A DNA stretch of 64,000 nucleotides from Eledone cirrhosa (Eukaryota): NCBI GenBank assembly GCA_964016885.1, contig OZ024743.1, forward strand, positions 86,056,001 to 86,120,000. Direction: 5' to 3'. Positions 1-11,679 of the stretch are shown piece after piece (position 1 is the stretch's first letter; each line of letters opens with the position of its first letter). The notes under the pieces were generated by a model. That model had not been told where the DNA came from. It saw only the letters and a list, made by a program, of their open reading frames with translations, and did no database searches. Position numbers and translations under genes: made by a program.

Positions 1-113
1 CCAGCCAGATCAGTTGGAAATGGTTGCTTCTGACAGGACCTGCTGGAAGGAGTGTTTGAGGACTCTTCCCCAACGACCCTCTCAGGAATAAGTGGGAAAA
101 GAAAAAAAAGAAG
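1..113 (+). mobile_element. RTE-clade LINE 3' end (family A)
   Basis: Matches the 3' end of the RT fragment at 36830-37560 (VASDRT.W...LPP..S.. followed by a gaa/aag tail). Confidence 0.75.
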
Positions 114-441
114 TTATATTTTACTAAATTCCTCCAAATTGTTTTTATTAATTAAAACATATTGGGAGTGTATTTCATTAGAAAGGATTAATCATCATCA
201 TCACCGTTTAACATCCATTTTTTCATTTTAGCATGGGTTAGATAAGTTGTCCTGTTGTGAGATAAGCCAGGTCAAATGACAATGTCCTGCTCATACAGAA
301 CTGATTAATGTTAATTATAACGCTTTAATTCTTTAACTTTAAAATGACTGAAAAAAGAATTATTTATTTTATTCTATCATAAGTTGTCGAACATCAAATA
401 GAATTCTTTGCTATGACTTTTCTTCTCTTCTTTAATTGCAG

Positions 442-557
442 CATGTGTTTGAGATGGTATCAAGGTTGCCACCTGATGAATTGCCAAAGTTTTGTTACAC
501 ACCTCCCCCACCTGTTGATCAAAGTATAGAACATGTTGTAAACAAGCGGTATTGTAG
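442..557 (+). CDS. NFRKB: NFRKB exon (HVFEMVSRLPP...VNKRYCR)
   Basis: ttgcag acceptor, AG|gtaggc donor, phase 0-2; joins the next exon to give RYCRILKEV. Confidence 0.85.
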
Positions 558-3500
558 GTAGGCTGATGTGGTTCTTTGTTGTTAAACTTTCACTGTACTT
601 CAGCAAAGGTGATGGTTTGTCAGATGGATTGTTAGAGCCTCAGTACTTCAGCAAGGGTGATGGTTTGTCAGATGGATTGTTACAGCCTCAGTGTTTCAGC
701 AAGGGTGATGGTTTGTCAGATGGATTGTTAGAGCCTCAGTGTTTCAGCAAGAGTGATAGTTTGTCAGATGGATTGTTAGAGCCTCGGTACATCAGCAAGG
801 GTGATGGTTTGTCAGATGGATTGTTAGAGCCTCAGTGTTTCAGCAAGAGTGATAGTTTGTCAGATGGATTGTTAGAGCCTCGGTACATCAGCAAGGGTGA
901 TGGTTTGTCAGATGGATTGTTAGAGCCTCAGTGTTTCAGCAAGGGTGTTGGTTTGTTAGATGGATTGTTAGAGCCTCAGTGTTTCAGCAAGGGTGATGGT
1001 TTGTTAGATGGATTGTTAGAGCCTCGGTACATCAGCAAGGGTGATGGTTTGTCAGATGGATTGTTAGAGCCTCAGTATATCAGCAAGGGTGATGGTTTGT
1101 CAGATGGATTGTTAGAGCCTCGGTACGTCAGCAAGGGTGATGGTTTGTCAGATGGATTGTTAGAGCCTCGGTACATCAACAAGGGTGATGGTTTGTCAGA
1201 TGGATTGTTAGAGCCTCGGTACATCAGCAAGGGTGATGGTTTGTCAGATGGATTGTTAGAGCCTTGGACAAAGTGATTTGTGGTATTCCTTCTGATTGTT
1301 TATGTTTTGTGTTCAAATCTTACCAAAGTCACACTGAATCTCCCTGAGAACTATATTAAGAGTGCATGTACCTGTGGAATGCTCAGTCACTTACATGTTA
1401 AATTCCCAAACAGGCTCTTCTGTTGATTGAATCAACTGGAGCACTTGTCGGAAACAACAAAGGTCCAATAACTAGTATACAATATATTATTTATTTCATA
1501 AAACAATATTTGAGTTTATCATCCAACATACTATGATCACAATGTCCACAGTATATCACTGGTATACATATTCAGTCCCTTAATTTGATACTAATGGATC
1601 TGTACTGTCAATAATGATGGTAATATCATTTAACATATTTAATTTTTGGACTCCAGGATTGGTATGCTATATATACCAGGATTACTGGATATATGGACAA
1701 TCATACAAACTGGGAAATTTACGTTTTTTTTGATAAATTAATGGTTTGCATAAAAGAAACCTATAGGTTTTGATACAGTGTTTAACCCTTTAGCATTTAC
1801 ATTACTCTATATTTACTATTATATTTTCATGGTGAAGGCATAATTATCTCACATAATATCAAATCTATGAGATTTTGATATTATTTATTTTGAGAACAAT
1901 GCCTTAACATCAGCATGAGTGTTCAGTTACGGCCGGTTTGAACAGAAAGAGGTGAGATAATTCTGGCTGGATACAGCCGGTTTAAATGCTAAAGGGTTAA
2001 AGATAAGAAGTATATTTTAATAATGTATTTCTAGGATATAATCTCATAAATATTCAGCATATATTTTACAAATGATATACAGGATTGAATGTATGAGTTA
2101 CTTTTGAGAAATACCTATTTACAGGGATAAATGTAGATAAATGTAGAACCCAGGACCTTGTGATTGAAAAATAAACTTCTTATAGTAGCAACAGCAATAT
2201 GACTGATATAGGAAATGCATTATGTATGTAAATTTTAAATAGTTACAGATGGATATATATGTATATATACATATGCATAATAATAATAATAATAATAATT
2301 AGGGAACAAAGAATCGGTGTTTCATCATCATCATCATCATCATCATTTTACGTCCACTTTTCCCTGCTTGCAAGGGTGGGACGGGAACTGATTCTGGCTT
2401 GATTTCTACAGCTGGATGCCCTTCCTAACACCAACCTCATTTACAGTGAGTGCTGGATGCTTTTTTTGCCGTGGCACCTCCACGTCCACTTTACAGTGTG
2501 GGCTGGGTGCTTTTTTGCCGTGGCACCTCCACAACCACATTGCAGTGGAATGATAGGGACCCCAGTCCCTATCATCTCATTTCTACAGCTGAGTAAACTG
2601 GAGCAATGTGAAATAAAGTGTCTTGCTCAAGGAAACAACACATCACCCGGTCTGAGAATTGAACTCACAACCTTTCGATTGCAAGCCCAATGCTCTAACC
2701 ACTAAGCCATGTGCCTCCATCATATACATATTTAATCACATATTACATGTTTCACTGCTGATCAGCTTGAGGAACGATCGATTATGCACCCTTACTACTT
2801 GAATATATATATTATTGTAATATGGGGCTAACTGACTAGGGATGTACAGACCACATTTTAATTGTTCAGCTGTGATGCAGATAAAACGAAGCGCTCAACA
2901 ACCTGTATAAAAGGTACAAGCCGGAACATTATATAGTATTAAAAAGAAGGCCATAAGCAGTTGATTTAGGTTAATTTAATTTCCGTGATACATATTTTGC
3001 TGAGGACTACCAATTTTGATAACCTGAGCTCTTCAGACAGCATAAAAAACTTCTTTAAAAAAATTTGAAAACTTTTTTGAGGAAGTGTGTAATATTTTCA
3101 AGTTTTTTAAAGGTTTATATGCTGTCTGAAGGGCTCAGGGTATCAAAATTGGTAGTCCTCAGCAAAATAGGCATCAAAGTGATTTAAATAAACCTAAATC
3201 AACTGCTTATCATCTCCAATCTTTTTAATACTATATATGTATATATATATATACAAACATATCTGGCATATTATTATGATTGATATGAAAAAATTACTTC
3301 GATATTTTTGGAAAGTTTCTGTTTTTCTCTTTCTTTCTCTTTTAAATCTTTATATTTTCTATTTATTTATTTATTTTCATTATTTTTTTCCCCTTACAAA
3401 ATCAATATTTGCTGATTTCCAGAATTCTGAAGGAAGTACAAGAAGAATGTAATGCAGAAGATTCTTCTTCAGATGAAGAGGTGGAAGATCCAAGTGAGTT

Positions 3501-6500
3501 TCATGAATAGTTTTGAGAAAGTCTTGTTAGAATTGAACGTTGTTTTTATGTCTTCTTTTCCATGTTAGCAGGGGTTGGATGAAACTTTTTCAAGGTTTCT
3601 TCTTCTTTGCCCACTTATTTAGGAGAAGATCGTAGGGGCATGGTCCTTAAACATTCCTTGTAGCGGGTCCTTTCAGACAGAAGCAACCATCTTGCTCTGG
3701 GTCTCCTGCTGGTTGGTTTTGCCTGTAAAATCTGTCCAGCGATTATTTCCTGGGACATTCTAACCACATGCCTATAGTACCGGAACTGTGATCTCTCAAT
3801 TTGGAGAAGTAGCGGCTCTACCTGGAGTGACTCTCTGATCTCCGAGGAATGCACTCTATCGAGTAACATTACTCAAACAACCCTTCAGAGGAACCCCATT
3901 TTGGCCACTTGTATTCGCGATCGTATTCTTTTGGTTGATAAAAAAAGTATGAGTCTAGTACTGGAGCCAATTCTTTCTCTGTGTCTCTTCCTCACTTCCA
4001 TTCTTTCACTCTTTATCTTTCTCAGGAAGAGAGTTTCTACCCCATCTGAGAGGTCACTAGATCTAATTAAGAGCTGACTTGGTCTATGACAACTCATCTA
4101 ACCCTTGCTAGCAGGAAAAACTGATGTTAAATGATGATTTGACGTTTTCATGACTGCATTTCTAATGAAATACACTCTATTTCAATTAATTAATGAAGAA
4201 TTTTGAGGGATTTACTAAAATTTGATATCCTGGTTGAAATTTAATCCAGTTCAATTCAAATTTTTTTCAGATGCTCAGAAAAACCGAAAGCATTTGCTGC
4301 ATACCCTATATCCACCTTCATCTCCTGAGCCAGCAGCTTCAACTGTAGTAGCTACTTACTCAACTAGGTCAATAGCAAATGGAGAAATAGTAGGTGAGTA
4401 TTGTTAAGTTGTAAAGAAATCAGTTAAAAGTGAAACCAGATGTGTAGTTGTGCCAATGTGCACACTCTAGGATTAAATATCTAACAGCTGTTGATTTGAT
4501 TTTCTCCTTAACTCTTTAACATTTACATGATATGTACTATTGTATTTTCATGGTAACGGCTTTATCTCACATAATATCAAATCTATGAGATTTTGATGAT
4601 GTTATAATTTATTTTGAGAACAATATCTTAACAATGGTATCAGTGGCCGGTTACGGCCAGTTTGAACAGAAAGAGGTGAGAGAATTTTGGCTGGATACGG
4701 CCAGTTTAAACGCTAAAGGGTTAAGGCACATTAACAACAAATTGGCAAAGTTGTTTGATGAGAATAATGATGATGACTATGAAGTAGTAGTAGTAGAAGT
4801 AGTATAGCCCGACATACACTTTTCCATGTTGGTATGATAAGACAGGACTTTTTAAAGTAATGTTTTACAGCTTGATGCCTTTCTTGACACATTCTTGTTG
4901 CTTCTTACGACACAGAGAGATACAGTGTCATCATCATCACTATTTAACATTCATTTTTTCACGCTAGCATGGGTTAGATGAGTTGTCCTGTTGTGAGACA
5001 AGCCAGGTCAGATGACCATGTCTTGCTCATACAGAACTGATTTCGGCTTTGTTTCTACAGCCAGATTTCCTTCCTAATGTTAACTCACTTAAAGTGTGTA
5101 CTGGGTGCTTTTTATCATGACACTTACGCGACCACTTTACAGTGTTGGCTGGACGCTGAGGATGGGAGAGGTAGATTTATGGATGGGGGAACTTATTGCG
5201 TGAGGTGTTAGGACGTGGGTGAAGGAGGTAGGAGAAAATGGTGCATATTGAATGTATGCTTCAGCTTGTACATATGGGAGGTATATGGAGGAGGTGGACA
5301 TGAAGGTGGTGCATGTTATATGTATGTTTCAGCCTCTGCTTATGGGAAGGCGAGTCTTCTGTATTACTGCACAATGCCAGAGATCTCGATCCTATGTCAT
5401 TATTTTGAGCGGTGCAAGGTCAGCCTTTATTGCCTCATCCCAAGTCTTCCTACTCCATAGCTACCATCAACTTTGAGCACCCTACACCTTTTTATTCAGC
5501 TGTTGTCCCTCATATGCATCACATATCCATACCAAGGCAATCTCCTTTAATAAGTGTACTTCTTCTACCAACCATAAGCATCATAATTTTTACTGCTGTC
5601 TTTCCATGCTGGAACATGATTGGGTGAAACTTTTTGAGGCAGTATTTTATAGTCAGATGCCTTTTCTGTTGCAGATAGCACTTTTTTTTTCTTTTAAGCA
5701 GTGTCAATATGAATTATGCATTCATACATACATGCATATAAGATGGTGAAACAGCAGAGTCGTTAGGATATCGGATAGAATGCTTTGCAGTATTTGTTTC
5801 AGCTTTCTGCTCTTTGAGTTTAAATCCTGTCGAGGTCAACTTTGTCTTTCTTCCATTCAAGGTTGATAAAAAAAAAGTACAATTCTAGATCTGGGGTCGA
5901 TTCTTTCTCTGTTTCTCTTCCTCACTTCCATTCTCTCACTCTATCCTTCACTGGAAGAAATCTGCTGTATTCAGCAGGTTTACAAATGCCCTAGAAACAC
6001 CATATGTCAATACGGCACCCCTACAACTCCCTCAGGTGTTACGAGACCATCCATCAATATATATTCATGCATGCCCACACGTTTGCAACACACACACATG
6101 GAAATAGAAGAGACCTCCTGTATCTGAGTATTCTACAGACACAGGTACACTTAATGTAATTCTCAGGGGAACTCAGCATGATACACTGAATGACTAGGCT
6201 GGTCTTTTGAATTACAGTTACAGTCTGGGCTGAAGGCTATGGTAAATAAAACTTACCTAGAATTAAAACTAATTTAAACTGGCCATATCTGGCCAGAATT
6301 CTCTCACCTCTTTCTGTTCAAACCAGCTATAACTGGCCACTCATACTGATGTTAAGGCATGGTTCTCAAAATAAATAATATCAAAATCTCACAGATTTGA
6401 TTTTATGTGAGATAAAGCCTTTACCATGAAAATACAATTGTAAATATGGAGTAATGTAAATGCAAGAGGGTTAAAAGAAACTTGGTCACTGACAGTATTT

Positions 6501-9500
6501 CTTGGTAATGAAGAATGGAACAACAATTTTTATTTTCTGTGATAAAACATTTTACTTATTCTATTGTTACTGTTTACAGAAGACAGCAATGGTCAAAGTA
6601 AAAATATTAGGCGTCCATTAAGCCCCGTAGAATTTTCTGATGAAGATTATAAAGCTATGTTAAGAGATTACAAACGACGGAAAACAGAAAATGGAGTAAG
6701 TATTACAACATTTATTTTTGGGTCTCAAATAATTACCCCCTCCCCTACCAGATGAGCACTAGGGCAATTTTCCATTGTCCCTGACCCATAGCAAAGAGGA
6801 TGGTAAGAAACCAATCAATATATATACTCTTGGGTCTCGAATAATGCCCCACACCTCCACCCACTGCTTATTAATTTTTGATTTTTTCCTCTGGCTTATT
6901 AAATGTTGCTAGTCTATCTCTGGCAACATTTTATTTTAAGTGGTAGCATTCCTGCGTCAATTAGTTTTCTTTATACATTATACATGTAAAAAAAAGTACA
7001 TTACTAGAAATCCCATAACTTATAAAATAAATTCTGTTTTTTTTTTTTAATCAATAGAGACAACCTAGAAAAATTACAGACCCCCCCCCCCCTCATTATT
7101 TGGGACCCAAGAGTACACAACTTTAGGAATTGTGGCAGGCCATTGATTTAAAAAGAACCTTTTTTTAAATATTTATTTGCTTTTGACAGAATTGTCAGAA
7201 CATCAGAAAAATGGTTTGCAGCATTTAATTATGGTGTTTTATGTCCCGAGTTTATATCCTGCCAAGATCAACTTAGTTTTTTGTCCTTCTGAGGTTGATA
7301 AAATAAAATACCGGTCACATACTGGCGTTGGTAGAATCAACTCTCCCTTTCCTTGAAATTGTTGGCCTTATGTCAAAATGAGTCATTAGACTGGACATGC
7401 TGGGGCACCACGTTGATAATAATTTTTTTTTTTTTCCTTTTCTTAACATCATTTTTTAAATTTTCTTTTTGAAGGAGCAGCCTGAACTGGATATCAGGTC
7501 AGTCACTCTTGCAGACATTTTGGCTCGGTGCCAGGCTGTTAGAAAACCAACTCCAAAGTCTCCTTCAGGTAAATCTATTTGCAATTTTTCATTGATCATT
7601 CATCATCATACGTCTGCTTTTTCTTGCTTGCAAGGGTGGGACAGGTTCTTTTCAGCACAACATCTCTCCATTCGTCACGGTCCTTTATCATCTCCTCTGT
7701 GAGCTTCAGCGATCTGAGGACAGCTCTTACCACCTCCACCCATGATTTTCGTGGTCTTCCTCTACTGCGTCTTCCTTCCACTGGGATTTCTTGACACTTC
7801 TTTACCCAGCGGTTATATTCTATGTGCATCACATGTCCATACCAACGCAGTCTTCTCTCCCCACACTACAGTTTATCCCTCTTATACACAGTTTCACTCT
7901 CAACTCGTCTATGTTTGGTCGTTCATGCACATTGACATTGCACATCCATCAGAGCATGCTTGCTTCATTTCTCTCATTATCAAAATTATCATAACAGTCA
8001 TCAATTCCATCATCTCATTACTACAGAGATCATCATTGTCATCATCAATACCAGAATAAACACTGCCCCACTACACCTTCACCATCACCACTTAGTAAAG
8101 AATATCCGAAGTTGGGACAGCTCTCAGTCAGTGGAATGTGTTGTGCTATAGTTATTTATTACACTAACTTTACAAAAATAAAGTCAATAAAGGCTGAAGA
8201 CCTGGGGCCTGCTTTAGTAAAAATCTGAAACAGACAGCTAGAGAAACAGTTGTACCTAAATGACTCCATAATTAGTATAATCTCTCTCTCTCTCTATATA
8301 TATATGCATTAAGTGTTTCTGTAGAAAAGGTAAAGGAAGGAAGAGTGCTCTATGTATTGTACAGAGCTATTTAATTACATAATAAACAATACAATATAAT
8401 TATTCCATTACCAAAGGTTTCAAGAAACTAGACGATTCTTACAGAAACGTCTAGCCTGTTCATCAGATGAAATAGTTGACCATTTAATGGAATAATTATA
8501 TTGTGTTGTTTATTATGTACATAAATATATATATATATTGGATATGAACAGGAGTTGTAGTGTTTCTTCATGCTTCTTACAAGGAAATTGAGAATGGAGT
8601 ACAGCTGAGAGTAAAATGTTTCTTGTATTCTTATGTATTCCATTGTTTTGTTTTTTGCCTTTTTTATTTTTTGCGTGTGTTTTACTTGTTTCTTTTACTT
8701 CTGTAGCCATTTCTGAAGAGACAACAGCATCAAGCCCGACAGTTATGAAAAAGGTGAAGAAAAAGGGTGAAAAATTAAAGAAGTTAAAAGCAAACCGAGT
8801 TGACAGCATTGCTAAGAAGGGCAATGTCGCTAATCAAGAAGATGTTAGTGGAATGGAAATACCAGAATTGCTTACGAGGGAAGAAGAATGTGTTCCTGAA
8901 TTCCCTCTTCAGGAGTAAGTAGATGTTTTGATACTTTGTTGGATATTTTCAAGAGTTACCTAGAGCACCTAGGGAGCCAGACCATTTGGTTAATACAGCT
9001 CTGATGACACCCATTTGTTTCTCCCAGAAATGTTCTCTTTTTTTTATTTAAAGTTTAGTTAATAGATTTGACATCATCATCACACGTCTATTTTCCACAC
9101 TTATATTGGCAGAGTCATTAAGACATTGGGTATAATGCTTTACAGCAAAGGTTCTCAACCCATTTCGGCCAAACACCCCCTTTTGCCCCTCGAAATCATG
9201 AAACGCTCCCCCTACCCGATTTTTCCATTTTTCAATATACTACTGATTTTGATATCTGATTTTGATACTGGGCCAAATCAAGTTATGTTAAAATCTTTAA
9301 AAAATACTCGTACGAATTAAATACAAAAAAGTTTCAGTCCAAAACAAAAGCAAGCTATTTCAAATTATATATTTTTGAAATAAAAAAAAAAAAGATTTGA
9401 TCTCAGTCGAAAAGCATTTTTTTTAAAATTCTATATTTCACTGTTAGCTGTTGTAATATTTTGAGTGTATAGACAATTGAAACTGTAAAGTCAAAATACA

Positions 9501-9985
9501 AAAGATGCAAAATATGAAGAATTTCTTACCTTTCTCTGAAATCACAAACTCAGGGAAAAAATAGTACCTTGCAAAAAATATACCTCATAGCAAAATAAAA
9601 TACATAGTAGCAAGGAATGAATTGAGAAGCTTGGTGACTGAGAAAACAATATCTGTATCCCTTATATATATACATAGAGAGATACACACATAAACACGCA
9701 CACACACACATAAATACACACAGAAACTTGGTTTTGGTACAGAAAGAATTTTGACTCCAGTTTTTATTGCCAGGTCAAAGGCCACTGCTCTTTTCAACAA
9801 CACCAAATAACAACGCCATATATATATATATATATAAATGGAGAGAGAAAGAGGTGGTGACAGAGAGAGTAAGAAATGTGTGTGTGTTTGGTAAACGTCT
9901 ATCTATCTATCTATTTATCTCCAACAGGGGGCTCAAACATGGTAGACCAGACTGAAAAAAGAAAATATATATATGTGTGTGTGTG

Positions 9986-10028
<43 letters not shown>

Positions 10029-11596
10029 TTCAAAATATTAACAAAAATAGAACTTCTTGTGATAAAGTATATTTTTTGTTAATCTTAATTTTTAAAATTA
10101 TAACTGTAATTATTTTATAAAATATATAATATGAATTATTTTCAATATAATATAAATAATTAAATATAATATAATAAAATTTAATAAGAATTACCTTCAT
10201 GAGGATGAAAATATGTCTTCTTTCTCATGTTTGCAAATAGTTTAAATATGATTTCATAAAATATGATTTTATAAATTAAATATGATAGTATACTTTAATA
10301 TTAATACAGATATTTATAAACTTTTATAGCCTGAAATATTATACACTTTGATTAATTCATTACTCTGAACTAACTTAAATGATTTGAAAGTTAACGGTCA
10401 ACCGGATACATTTGGATAGTATATATAACTAATTAACTAAGGACTGGAAATTAACCTTCATATAATTACACCCAGTTATATTTAAGATTTAGATTGATGA
10501 ATACTTCTAGATAATTTAATAATTCAAAGATTTGAGTTTACTCTTTCGCAAAGCTATGCCCAAATGTATAGTTCTGTATAAATATATATAATTCATCCCT
10601 CCCTATTTTTTTACACTATAAAAATTATTCCTCTTTGTCTCTCTTTCCTTGATCAATTCTCTTTTGCTCTCTATACTTCTACTAGCTATATTATCCCCTC
10701 ATCTGTTTTCTCTCTGTCTTTCTTTTTTTCTTTCCTTTTTCTTCAATAATTTAAATTATTTGTATCTCTAACAGTTATGTAAATTGCTGTTATGTATTTT
10801 TAAGCTTTCTCACATGCACCCTCTGTATTATATGTATTATATGTAATTTTATCCATGTCTCAATCTTAAGGTATATAAATATTGAGTTTTGTCATATCTT
10901 ACTCACTACCATGACTGGATCTTAACCATCTACTATGTCAGGGTATGTCATGCATCATCTTATTTTATCTGATGAGGACGTACTGTTGAAGTTAGCTCAG
11001 TACCTCTGAAATATATATAATAAAATATACTTGATCACAAGAAGTTCTATTTTTGTTAATATTTTGAATTAATATTAATAACTCCGGAAAACCATTACTG
11101 TTGAGTGCTTCCAATCTATTGTAAAACTCATTCTTTGATTTATTCATTGAACCTTGTTTAACCTTTAAATATATATATATATATATGTAAAAGTTTTATT
11201 AAAATTGTTGGGATACAACGAGCAAATATTTTTATAACTGATATAAAGCACTCAACAAATAATTGGAGTAAAAATACGATATTAACAAATGGAAACTATA
11301 TTTATAAAACCATATTTATTTCATTATACATATTTCAAGGACACCAAGTTAAATTATGGTGTGCTTTCGTCAGATAAAATATAATATAGAGCAGTTTTAT
11401 AAATAAATATTGACATACCGGGAGCTTCCAACAGTAATGGTTGCATTCTTTAAGGGTATGTCAATATTTATTTATAAAACTGGTCTATATTATATTTTAT
11501 CTGATGAAAGCACACCATAATTTAACTTGGTGTCCTTGAAATATGTATAATGAAATAAATATGGTTTTATAAATATAGTTTCCATTTGTTAATATC

Positions 11597-11679
<83 letters not shown>

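Larger units (their letters stand above)
11275..11599. repeat. Near-perfect inverted repeat, about 145-bp arms and 35-bp spacer
   Basis: tacgatattaacaaatgg...tgacatacc versus ggtatgtca...ccatttgttaatatcgta. Confidence 0.95.

Noticed and set aside
566-1276. 236-aa repetitive ORF as a protein gene
   Set aside because: It is a 48-bp intronic minisatellite with no splice support and a SINE-like unit.
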